Positions 25,173 through 37,888 of a stretch of DNA of 64,000 nt are shown here, piece after piece. This stretch comes from Lingula anatina (taxonomy: Eukaryota; Animalia; Brachiopoda), in assembly GCA_051362555.1 (NCBI GenBank), contig CM120642.1, positions 7,130,001 through 7,194,000 on the forward strand. The letters run 5' to 3'. The translations under genes were made by a program, and so were the position numbers. Under the pieces are notes generated by a model. The model ran no database searches. It was not told the origin of the DNA and was given only the letters and a program-made list of their open reading frames with translations. The stretch's first letter is position 1. The number at the start of each line of letters is the position of its first letter.

Positions 25173-28100
25173 TTCTGCCCTCACATACTGTTCCATGTTA
25201 ATCATGTATTCCTTAGTCATTTGTCATTTTGAAAGGAAACAGAAAATGTCCAGGAACCAGACATGATGGCATACAAATGTCTGTCCATAATAGCAAGGAA
25301 TTGCTGTGCACTTGAAAGCCATCATCAAAGCATTGGTAGAGAAGTGAGTAGCATCTTCAAAGTATCCTCTAACAGCATGAATATGGACGGCATTTCTCCG
25401 CACTTGAGATTCCTTATAGCTATTTAACAGTGCCCTGTTAAAGCATATTTTGATTCTTAACTGCCTTTCCTTTTTTTGTTTTTTGTTTTTGTTTATTAAA
25501 CAGAAAGTTCATTGTATACAATTTCAGAGTATCTAAAAACTGATACGCAATTGACCTAAAAATTATGAAAGCTTGAGAGATTCTGGGCATTATCCATGGC
25601 ATAATTCACTCTGATACTTTGAAACATACCATCGGGCCCATCTGGGGCAGTCAAGTTTACTCAGATGTCTTCTACAAATCTACTGTTCTACTCCAACACA
25701 GGGATACCAGACATGCCTGACATTAAGATGACATTAAATATCTATAAACATGCATTTAACATGCACTTTAAGATGTAGCACAAGGAGGGGACACATGAAA
25801 CAAATTCATTCGCAATAAAATTCATCAAAATTGGATTTATCATGCAATACATTAGTGTGCTAACTGCAAGTATGGGACACAACACTTTTCCATGTCATTG
25901 AACTTTAGTGATCTCAAAAATTCCTCACCAGGAAAGACACATTTCCCAAAGACACATTTGAGCAAATATTGAAACTTCTGGTAACTTTCACTTTATTTTG
26001 GTGGTTACTGTAACTGGTAACTGTACCAGATCCTGCTGATGCCCTAGCTAGTGGCTGTAAATGGCTTCATGCACCAGGATCATTCTTTTGACTATCAATC
26101 TGATACTACAACATGCTTACAGTAAAACTCACCTTGCTAATACTCTATAGATCTTTTCAGCATCTAGCTCAGAGTTCAATTACTGCTGGAATATTCTGTC
26201 CTCTCTGAAATATCACATGCCTTTGGACATTGTTCCAAACTATGCCCAAGTCTGTACAATTCAGACTTGATTCCATAAGCCCTTTCAAACCATCAATATA
26301 ACTACTGTAACAGCAATGATATCAGATTGTAAGGACACACATAGCCAGATACAGAGGCGGCTTACACCACCAGATCAGGCACACTTGGGGCAGTGCTGTG
26401 GTTTATCTACAGTGAGTGTCAAAAACTCCACTGCAGTCTGAAACTCTGACCTGTTTCATGTCCAGTTAACTGGTCACACATTGCACAGTGCCAATTAAGA
26501 GATTAAATGACCCAAGTCCTTCCTGCTGAGTTAATCCCCAAAGGTAATGAAATAATCTTTTAGTCACCAGTGGTCAGTTGATCACCAGCCTCATGGCTGG
26601 AGTATCAAGTGACCCAGTGGTTTCATTTTTGGCATGTCCTTGAAATAATTTCTAGACAAGAGTAAACAGTATAGGATAATCTGGACAAGCACAGGACAAT
26701 TTAAACAAATCAAATAAATACAATATCAATGTTGTTTCTTTTTTCTTGGCCACAAATCACACAGTATAAACTTTAGGATAATCCATCAAGTGGACAAAGG
26801 TCACCCGCTGGTTAGAAAATCTCTGGCCGGCAATAGTGCAATACCACAAGGGGCTTAAACACCTGACTAGGTATTGGTGGGGGGTTGTCCCCAGAGCCCG
26901 AAAGTCAACAAAATATTTGCTGACTCCCCATACACCCCTTTGTCACCCACTTCCCTTAGTGGTCTAATGTGCGAAAGTATGGCAGAGTAAAAGAGTGAAA
27001 AGGGACTTGGTGTATGTCCCCCTCTCCATTTGTCTGAATTCACCAGAAAATTACAGGCTTAATTCATTAACAGCTCTGTTTAACATGTTAACGAGTTTAC
27101 TTTGAAGTGTTGCATTTAAACAAAGCATGGTATGGTAATTACTTAAGATTTTCAAACTGCATCACTCAGCTTTTCAAATTATAATTATACATCATTATAA
27201 ATGATTATCATAATAAGATTAATGTGATTCGCAAAACAAAAATAAAATATTCAACATTTGTAAAATGGTGAATATATCTTTTGCATCCTTAAAACCAATC
27301 ACACACACGTTCAAAAGGATAATAAATATGGGAATAATTTAATTTTCATTATAACAGGCTTAAGAAATCATTTTAAATCACCGACTTCCATATTCCAGCA
27401 GGGTTACATAAGCCAGAGAGATGAGAGAGCCTGGGATCTCACTCTCCACTTCCATCTGATTGTACATACAATGAGCCCCATTCCTTGCCTCTAGCCATAA
27501 CACAAGCCTGGGAAAATGTCCACTTCAATGGGAAATCCTACCCCTGTGATCATTTAATCTTGCAATTATGTTTAAATTCACTGAATAATTTTATAGAAAT
27601 TTAATGTGCAGTCTTTTAAATTATTCCTTTGCCCTCAGGGTTGAGATACGGTCTGGCACCACTACCTCCAGGGCCAGTGAACTGCCCCAACAGCAGTGTT
27701 AATTTGCTGTTAAACTGCTCAAATTATAAACAATTTCAAATCACCCGGTGACCGAAGAACCCTATTCAAACAATGGAATTTTGCGAAGGGCAATATATAC
27801 TGATGAAAAAATAACAGCCAGCACAAAACAATAATAATTTTTCAATTTTCCAGGCAAAAATGATACGAAAACAATGGGCCATCACAATTGCTGTTTTTTT
27901 TTTAAGTTTAAACAAAATTCTGACTTGAATATTCTATAAAATACTGTCTTAATCTTTCCTAGTAAAATAATGCCAAAAATGAATCAACATCTCTTTGCTG
28001 CTGAAACCCAATACATAAAAAGGCTGTGTCTTGACGACTTTAAAATAAAAACATAGCAACTATATTTCTTCTAAAATATGTGATAAATCACAGTGCAACC

Positions 28101-28756
28101 ATACCCAAGGCATTTTCCCTTCACCTTGATTGATAACATGACATATTTCTTGCTAGTAGAAACTTCAAAGGTAACCGCATCTCAAAGGAGGACAATACCT
28201 CAGATCAAACCGGGCATCTTCATTGTAAAACACACTGACCCTTATTAACATTATAGGAAAACCCGATCTTTCCAGCATTCACATAAAAGTATTTCATTTC
28301 AAACTCTATACATGCAATGCAACATATACCATTTGATTTCTTTAAACTTCAAACTGATGGTTTTACAGTTTTTGAACCATACACTTCTTTACAATTCACA
28401 GAAGTGCTTTCTATCAAAGGTACAATTTCCTTTCCATCAATGAAAAATGCAACAAATGCAGTTCTATAACGATGGCTGATTACTGCATCGATACCCAAAT
28501 TCTATTCCCATTTGCACTTTCTTCAATTTCCTGACCAAGCATGGTTCCTGATTATTCAGAGGGACATCCATTGTATTTTATTTCTCACAAGGGAAGGCTG
28601 TGTTCACACACACACACACACATACAAAAAACTCAGAAAGTTCCTGCTGTTCCACTTCTTGCAATTGAGCCATCTTTGAACAGGAGAACCCTTACAAGTA
28701 TCACATTCATGCATTCCCCCTCACAGGATGGCTTAAATTTGTGCTTTGCTGACATC

Positions 28757-28804
28757 GGTAAGACTACAGTCAGGTAAGACTACAGTCAGGTAAGACTACA
28801 GCCA
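28757..28804. repeat. 16-bp tandem repeat x3 (ggtaagactacagYca)
   Basis: Three copies; the last overlaps the MITE terminus at 28803. Confidence 0.9.
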
Positions 28805-28876
28805 GGCCCGTAGCCAGCAATTTCAAAAGGGGGGTTCTTTTTCTGAAAAAGTGGACCCCCCCCCCCCACAGGCCTG
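28803..28876. mobile_element. Internally deleted copy of the 23565-23733 MITE family
   Basis: caggcccgtagccagcaatttcaaaaggggggttctttttctgaaaaagtggac matches the reverse complement of ~23679-23733 and ends in a C-tract plus aggcctg. Confidence 0.65.
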
Positions 28877-28997
28877 ACAGTTAATGTTCAATGGTGGAAG
28901 AAAAGGAACAGTCCAGAACGACTCCATCTTGCCCATGTGAATGCATCCCAAAAAGGAAGCCTTGGATCAATTGGCATTACAACAATCCAAATTATCA

Positions 28998-29178
28998 GTT
29001 GCCAAGGCAACAAAATGAGCATTTATTATCATTTTTCGGGGCATATGGCCATTACATTTGCATACAATAATTTTTCTGTCATTCTATCACTGTTCACAAT
29101 ATCACAATAGCTATGAATTTCAACCACTTTTATTGAATTATGAAACAGGTCGGGTGGGATGCTGGTTTCTATGGCAAC
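28998..29178. promoter_or_regulatory. Candidate enhancer: pair of RFX X-boxes
   Basis: GTTGCCAAGGCAAC 28998-29011 and GTTTCTATGGCAAC 29165-29178. Confidence 0.4.
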
Positions 29179-31152
29179 AAGCAATTACCTCGTGTAATTG
29201 ATCTGTTAAAGGACAAAGAGGCATAAAAATAATGAGTGAACATATCTAAGGTATACTAATGCATGCATGTATACATTTCAGTTGGTTTCTTTAGACAAGA
29301 TACTAAAGCCACAAATTGATTATTACAGTATTTACGTAATTTATTCATTTATGTAACGTAAAAATTTATGTAATGTAAAAATGCTCCATCCTGTTCTGAC
29401 AACTGTTCCTTCTCATAAGTCTCTCAACCTTTCATCCTCTTGAAGTTAACTAGGTGCATTTTTAAATGCTACAACCCAAAAAGAAAATACATGGCAAAAT
29501 GACCTTATGTAAGTTATATGTACAGACCAAGCTATAATACAGAACAAAGGAAGTCAATATCAAAACAATGACACCAAATATGTATAAACCATAGCGCACA
29601 AATGAAAACAACACCCCAATACTGACAAGAAATCTGTCAAGGCCAGATTTTATGCACAAAGACAGACAACGCTATCAAAACAATGACAAAATATCTGTCA
29701 AAAACATTACCACTGGATCCAGGTGATATTTGGATGGTGGTATCAAATCTATCATTGTGGTATGTGAAGATTTCCAGCAGCTGTCACAACACTACCAGGT
29801 GTCACATCAATGACACGCCCCTCTCAGCTGTCTCAGTGATAAAATATATACAAGTCACAACAGTCCAACTTTGTTTAAATCTTCTTGAAATCAAAACAAT
29901 ATTTTTCTTGGATATAATCAATTATAAATAAACGTTTAATCCATAGCAAGGATCCACTGTCTTCCTCACTGAACTCGGGGTATTCCCTGAACTAATTTAA
30001 CAAAGGTCCAGTTTTGGGGCTAGGGCACTCTAAATGAGCTTCTGAGCAACCCAATACATTACAATGAAGGTGTAGAATATTAAGTTCCTTACAATATCAA
30101 GGTATCTTATAAAATCATAACACTTAGCTAGATCCCTTCTGATAATGTCGGATAAAAATGACATCATTACCTTTTAGCATATAGACAGTCCAAATACAAA
30201 ATAAACAAATATGTAAAAAAAATTCATTTCCTATCTATGTTTGGTGTTTCTCCCTCACACATACAAATTATTCCTCATTTCATGTGTACATATAATGGAC
30301 CATTTGTGGTTTCATCTTAAACCACTCATAATACAAAAATGGCCAATTTTCTTTCTACATCTTCACCACCCTGTGTAAAAGTGGCCATGGTCCATCTCCA
30401 AAGGTCGCCAGTAATGGCCAAATGCTCTATGGTCAGTTTACTGTTGCCAGCAAGAGATGCCATGCAACAGCTGCTCAACCTGATGAAATTTAAGGGCTGA
30501 ACTTGCAGAGTTTGCAAAAAAGTTGGGCAGGGCCAACTTTTGAAAAAATCTTGGTTTTTGTGTATTAGCCTTTTTTCCCCAATTTTTAACATGAGTGTGT
30601 GTGTGTGCAAAACTCATTTCGACAAAATCAAGGGATTTTTTTTCCTTTAAAATCCACTTTGACTGAATCAATGGGAAATCCATGTGCATTCTCAAATATT
30701 TCTTTCATATTCTAAATGCAAATGTAAAGAATTTCAGAGCTTGGTAATTTTTTTTTCAAGATTAGAAGATACTTCAATATGAAGGCTAACAGTAGGCGTT
30801 CTCAAGCAAACGTGATGAATTAAAAACTAAACAGCTGCATGTATTGATTTCTCTTGGTATTTCAAGAGTTGATTTTTACCTGATCATATAAAAACATTAC
30901 TTGGTAAGTATTCTGATATTACAAGGTAGGCAATTTCCAACCTCTCACTCCAAATCCCTCTGGTATTATACAACACAAAGCAGGGTGTAGCTGGAGAAAA
31001 AATGAGCTATTTGACACCAGGTTTAGGATATCTAGCAGTTCTTTCTTCAATTCTTTCAGGAGAAAAGCAATAGAGCAAACAGAAAAGAGAGGTTTTATTA
31101 TCAATTACAAACAGACAAGAATGCATCAGTTTTTCCAGCGTAATCACCTCAC

Positions 31153-31188
31153 CTGGTATTTGTGAATAGGGCGAGATCGAGATCGCAT
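31153..31188 (-). CDS. DLC1: Candidate alternative first coding exon (phase 0): MRSRSRPIHKYQ
   Basis: ATG after an in-frame stop, donor CAG|gtgagg, CpG-rich. Usable only via the 25-nt adaptor at 5205-5229. Confidence 0.35.
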
Positions 31189-32261
31189 ATCAGCACAGCT
31201 GGCAAGGAGACATTACAGAAAACTTGAGGACCCATCAACCAGGCCCATTAACAACCTGTAACCTTTTTCTAAAACACTCCACCCAAATCTTTTATTTCCC
31301 TACACAATGCTGAGCTGAAACCTTGACTTCACAGCTAATGAACATTGAGATTAAGTTGTAAAAACAGTAGGTGACATTTCTGATGAGAAAAAAAATTTCT
31401 ATCTCCATGTGTGTCTGAACATATGTGTTTGGGCAAGGGGGGGGGAGGAGAAAGGTGGGGGGGGGGGGCTGTATTCATTCCTCAAGCTGATATTATTGTA
31501 CTACACTCCAAGCTGGCTACTTACAGGATATCTGAAGTTCTTTTTCAGTAAAAGCACTCCTAACTGGTAATCATGGTCATAAAAAACAATAAGCCTATGA
31601 ACAGCTTTTTTTTCCCAAAACAAGCAAAATCTACAGATACTTCAGGGAAAGAAGATGGATTCTTGTTAAAGCACAACAAACAAGCCCTGCTTAGTACACT
31701 TATTTTCTTGTAAATATTGAATAAATGTCAGGTAAACAACTGCATAAACAGGTGGTCATGAAATTAATATAAATAAGCAACCTACCCACATAAACAGTGA
31801 GGGTCATGCAATCAAGTATACATCCCATTGAGCACATCAAAATATTTGATAAAATTCCAATATAAACATAAGGCATTATGAACCATCAAGGATGAACTTT
31901 ACTTGCACCTGGATCAAGGCACGGTTACTGTAGTTCTGATGCCAATATTTAAAAAAATTCTTTCAATATCATTTTTAGCTGAAAAAAAAGTTTCCTCCGT
32001 GAGGCACAGTAACCAATGCGAATTTTCTAAAATAAATTCTTTTGGATATACACCACGGTGTAGGGTACAAAAAATGATGATTCCATGCTCCCTTTTATAA
32101 ATATTTTCACAAGTAAGAAACAAAACACATTTAAAATGACTTTGCTGCAGCAATATGTTTGATTTTATATTTACTCCCACACATTCATAACCTTAAATAT
32201 AAACAGGCAAACAATATTTAATTTAAACTCGTCTCCTACTCTTCATCATTAATTCACTTAC

Positions 32262-32367
32262 CTGCATTCCTAAGTCTCTGTTTGCTAGATTTTGTTTCAA
32301 ATGAACTGCTATGATATTCACAATAATATATATCCTCTTTGTTGGTAGAACAGTTCAAATTTCCCAT
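32262..32367 (-). CDS. DLC1: Candidate alternative first coding exon (phase 1): MGNLNCSTNKEDIYYCEYHSSSFETKSSKQRLRNA(E)
   Basis: aaaATGG context, upstream in-frame stop, 35 codons + 1 nt, consensus donor CAG|gtaagt, in frame with SAM exon A. Confidence 0.6.
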
Positions 32368-35300
32368 TTTAAAATGCGAAAAGCTCAGTCTTTGATATGT
32401 GAAGAATTTAACCCAATTATGTGAAGACTTATTTCATAAATGGCAATCATCTTGAAAAAAATCTTGCCATCAATGCATGCTATCTTCAGTTTGATATTTA
32501 AAAACACCCATCTTGTAACATTGGTCCTTTTCTGCCACTGTGAATATTTTCTACATATTTCCAGTTTTGATTTTGCAATCTGTGCAGTTACTTCTGAACA
32601 TCCACCCAAAGTTGGTTAATATATTTTTAAAACAGTCTTTCACAAAACAAAAACTCTAAGCCACAAAACTAGTGTTTATACTTGTATGATACAGATCTAT
32701 AACTGGACATCAGATTTAATAGCCACTGGACATCATACAAGGCTGGGCATTCATTTTGACTACTGTTGGGCAGTAGTATTGATAGCCATAGGTCATAATG
32801 ATAATTGCTGGACATCAGTCGTGACTGGACAAAAGTAACAGCTGGCTGTCCATCAGCACCACAGAACACCAAACAGGTGGGCATGCATCACTTGTGCTTT
32901 CTTCTTTCTTAACATCTGGTATAAATTTGTTGACAAAGTCAACTAGTTCCTTGAAGATATAATAGTGTTCTGACCATCTTCAGTTGTAAAGAATCATATG
33001 GACCCACATTGCAAAGTCTGAATCAAATCCTTGTTAATGGATGCTGAGTAACATCCTTTTATTAATCAGATTTTGCTGACCTCAGTATCTCACCTTACTG
33101 AATAATGTATTGCATAAACTGACAAAAACTGTGCCAATTCTTGAAAGTTTCCCACCTCTATATTTCCAGATTAAAATACCTAGCTGTCCTCCATTGGTGA
33201 TATCCTTTAAATGGTTTCTAAGTAATTTTCATCAAGCGCATGGTCAGCTTGAGATTTCCTGGCAGGATTCCACTAGTGAATCCAATTTCTGAGACCAGCT
33301 TATGCATCAGGTCTTATTAGTCAAATCACCAAGTAACCAACCATTAGAGACACTCTGTAACATCTCATTAAACTGGCTTTCACTTTCATCCGTTCAGACT
33401 AGGATGTGGGTTGGGGATCATGTTGTACGGGCTGAGAATGGAGTCATCTAAGTAAAGACAGTCACTGAAGCCTCTGTCTCTCATTAGCAGTCTTATTACA
33501 TAGATTACTTGTAGAGGTATAAAGATATATCAAAGCACCTTCACTGTATTTCCTGAGCTGGCATTTTCTCCCAAGGTACCAATGCTGCACCTCAATAAAA
33601 TGGATCAAGTGAACAGCCAGAAATAATGAACACTGTTCTATTGTCTCTTTTTCCATAAATCACACAAGGACAATCTGTGGATTGAAAATAAAATACTCAA
33701 AACAGCTCTTTCTCCTGATCAAAGCATCTCTGGCGTCATGCACAGCCACAGCTGCAATCTTTTCCAATTCTGAATAAAAATTCTGCTGACTTCTGACACA
33801 CAAAAGGAATCTCTGCCATTCCCTTGGGGTAATTAATTTTTCCACGAATCCAGCGAATATCCAACAATTTACATGAAAATCAACATGCAAGGCAAGTATT
33901 ATTGATCCCTATCCAATGCTGGGTACGATATGGAGGTGCCAAAACAATCCTGCTTTCCTACTTCTTGTCAACTGTCAGGCAACATATGCCTCAGCATATT
34001 ATAATGTTAATGCAGCAGAAATCACATGAGGAACAGCTTTGCCATTAGTCCCAGTCTAAAAAACCCACTCCCACCTGTGTGAAATGTCGCATATGTTGAT
34101 AAGGTTGAGAATACTCAAGATTCGCGAATTGCGTTAGTTGAGCTGCTATTGTGCCAGATGTGTGACATTCATGTAATATGCATATATTTCAGATTTTCTG
34201 GCAGCCTTTTTAGTTCTCTAGCCAAGGCACCACAAGAAAGATATTTACTAAACAATATTTGCTCAGGAAAAAGGTTTTTCTGTGATAAAATGCCATGGCT
34301 TACGCTAAAAACATTTCCAGATTTGCAAGGAGTTGTCCTTTGTACAAAACCTTTGCTTCATTAACGTGTCCTAGTCAGATCCATTCATTTCTGACTAAAA
34401 ATTCCAACTGAATTCAAAACCTATCATCATGATCTTCAAATAAGCATCACCACTGTCTTGGGCAGCAAGTTATGTTTATAACAACATGATGCATATACCC
34501 AGTGTAGATATAAGTTCCTCCATCAAATATATAGATCTATCATTGAAGAGGCAAACCGCAAGTATCAAGGTATCTGTTGGACTGCATGTGATTCTGTCTT
34601 GCACAAATCCAGTTACCTCTATAGTCACTGTCTTTCTTGGAAATATGCTTCCCTCTTATACTGAATAATGCAAAACAATGTCAGCACCAAACCCACTTCA
34701 ATACACCAGCTGGTTGCTTCCAAATATACTATCTAACTAGTCTCTAGTGGCTCGTTTTCCTAGTTTTTAAGGTATATTATGGCACAAGGCTGTTCCTTGT
34801 CTCTCCCTCCTTATGCCAATTATTGGCCCCTGGTGTAGTCCTTCTTTCAGCAATTTGTCTGTCTAATTAAAGGAGTGAAAATAACCTTTTCCTATCCAGT
34901 ATAATCAGATTATAGAAGAGTGTACACATCCATCTGCAAGCCTTTCCAAACAGCACTTTCATCTGAGTGACCAGCAAGTACAAGTGGCTGGAATGATGAT
35001 GGTCAGGGAAATAGCCAGAGGTCAGTTAGGTCAGTTTAATCAAATTGTGTGGTTATGCAACTTGGGGGAGGGGGGTTGGTGTAGTATAGATCCAAGTGTT
35101 AAGTTTCAGTGCTCTGATTGCCTGGATATGGCAACACTATCCAGAGGATCACTGTCATGAGACAACATGAAGAGAAAAGTTTAACATCTTCCACATCTGC
35201 TGACCATCTTTAACCAGGCCACCACTTCAGTTTTCCAGAGGAAAAAAAAAACTTTTGTTTATAAAAAAATATAAACAAATAAAGTGCAAAATCCAAATTA

Positions 35301-37860
35301 ATCTGTCTGAATTCCACAAAATCTTGATCGAACCTGCTTATTTCTCAATTGTCCAAATCTTCCTGACCCAACACCAAAAGACAAAAGGCAACTTGACCGG
35401 TAGGTTAAAGGTGACTTGGACCACTGGACAGCCAAAGCTGAGTGACTGCTTGACCAGTCGGAAGAATTCAATGTGGTACTGATATGTTTCCACTAAACCA
35501 TGGAGACCCCTGTTGTGATTAATCGCTTGACCGCTCAAGCCAGTAATTCCCCATTGGCTGGCAGCATGTCCACTGAACATCACCTATGTCTAAAAGCGGG
35601 AGAGGGAGCATCTAGTTACATAAAGCTACCAGCCAAGAATTTGGTAACTAAATCAACGTCATGCAGCTAAAGTGACATTCTGAAGATTTTTTTCCATTCT
35701 TATCTCTCTCACCTTTCCTTCCTGCACATATTTTCACAAGAGAGATTTCATAGTCCTTACTGCTCTGAAGGATATACTTTCTAGCATTCCTGATCCACTA
35801 GAACTTATTTTCTGGTGACACTTGTTACTTGCTGCTCAAAGATAATTCATTCCACACTACAATATCTTTTCATTTTTGACAAAAGATAAAGCATTTAAAA
35901 TTTATAAACCTTTAATTGGATGACAGTAGCTCAGAGCCCAAGCTTTTGTTGGTGATAAAGAAGAGACAAAACCATAATAAGGACATTTTTACAGGCAGGT
36001 GTTGAGTTGAAAAGAGAAGGAGTTTCAACATTTATACTCACTGAATTATTCAGCATCACCTGAACTGCTAAGCTTTATATTAACCCAATGCTGAGTAAGA
36101 AACCTACTTCAATATTTCAAAGTAATAAAAACTATTGTCACATTGCAGAATTGCCACAGATTTTTCCATGAGCTTCAGGTCATGGTTTTGATCACTCTGA
36201 CATTTGATGTTGATGATGCAGTTTTATGTAGGAAACTGTAGTTCTCTCCCCCCCTTCCATCTGATGATTCTTTCATCAGATTGTGCAGTTATACAATAGT
36301 TTTACATATGAAAATATATCCAGCAAGAACTATATAACATTTTAATACACAATAATGCATTAAAAATACATTTTTTATTCAGAATATCTGACTTCACATA
36401 TATCAAAAAATAAACTGTGCCAGACCTATAACAAGGGAAAGAGGATATGTGATTTCAGTAATATAAATCCCTGCCATTAAACAAGACTGAAACTATCCAA
36501 TAAATAAATACAACACGAGTTCCAATTTGTTCCCTTAAAATAATGAAAAAAATCTAGGCACACAGTTTGGGTCAGCAAGTTCCAGTAGTTCAATTTTCTC
36601 CTTCCCCCAAACCATTTCTATCTTTTTTATGTATAGAATCGAAAACGTGACCAGATCAAAAAGCTATACATAAAAGCTGCTCTTCAGCTAAAAGCTAAAA
36701 GGCTTTAAGAAGCCATTACTATTATAGCTGTTGGTATTTTCTTTTTGTGGCTCAAAACACCAAACCACTGATGTAGAAACTGGTCTGTTCATGATCTGCT
36801 CAAAACAGTTCAAAAACCTCAGAAGACTGAATAAGAACGCAGTCACACCAAAACTTGATCCAAATAAGGCTTGCGTAAATGCACCCATATGCCATTAAGT
36901 GTTAGTGCACTGGGGGGATTACAGCCAAAGTCAAAACTTAGCTCAATTCCAAAGTGATCCCAAATAATACCTGTGTGAAGGACTCCCAATGCCAGTATTA
37001 GTGCACTAGGGGGTTAGAGCCACAAAGTCAATCAATCGGACCATCTTAATCTCCTATTGGGAAGGCATTAAGTCAAGTCTGAGGATGGAGACAGTCAGAC
37101 CCTCCTGATGGGATTATCCTAATTGGCTGGGCACAGGTAATCCAGCCAGGTAAAAGATCCCATAATTAAGGGACTTAGAATGCCCAGAGTGTACTGACCA
37201 ACCTCTGTGCTGACCAGTGGCGTCTAGGTATTCTAAGGGTAGATAAGATAGTGCCTGCCCCAGGGGGACATCAGAGAGTCTTGGAATAATAAACAACTGT
37301 ACAGTGTAAATCAAATAACCAAATAGGCATGGGTATTTTTAGAATTGCTCAGGATTGAATAACAAATGATGAGTTTTGAGTTTGAAACACCTTGTTGATC
37401 TTTATTATCTTTAAATCATTATACAATTAAATCATCATGAAAGCTGTCCAATAAAAAAGAGAAGGAGAAAGGACAAAAATCTTGGAATATAATTGCAGCA
37501 TTTGCCTTCATTTCATTTTCTCTTTCTTGACCAAACTGGAAACTTGACTTCCCACTAAGGTGCAGAAACTCCTTCAATCTGTGTGTGGCAGCAGATGAGA
37601 AGACAGCCCTTATTGCCTTTACAGTGTGTTTCATCATCTTGTTTTAACATTCAATTAGGGAAGTGGCTTTCCACACATTTCAAGCTGCAATAACATGCAG
37701 TAAGTGTGATGGGTTGTCAGTCAAGGCTAACAGCTCATGCATGTTTTAACAGGGTTATGTGTGGTTTGGCTACAGCGTGTATGAGAAACACGTGAGAAAA
37801 TTGTACAATCTAAATATTGGGTGTTATGTGAAGTAATTGATGATACTAATATCCACAAAA

Positions 37861-37888
37861 GTGTGTGTGTGTGTGTGTGTGTGTGTGT
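37861..37888. repeat. (GT)14 microsatellite
   Basis: Direct reading. Confidence 0.93.

Noticed and set aside
26133-26204. AG...AAG|gtgagt exon-like unit on the minus strand
   Set aside because: Stop codons in all three frames.
28757-28804. Short direct repeats as a possible CRISPR-like array
   Set aside because: Head-to-tail units without spacers, eukaryotic context and no cas genes.
36688-36888. MGAFTQ... ORF with a possible phase-1 donor
   Set aside because: The donor ATA|gtaatg is too weak and nothing else supports it.
36900-37031. Imperfect ~35-bp direct repeat ttagtgcact...aaagtcaa (similarly 6957-7030)
   Set aside because: Old local duplications with no evident function.
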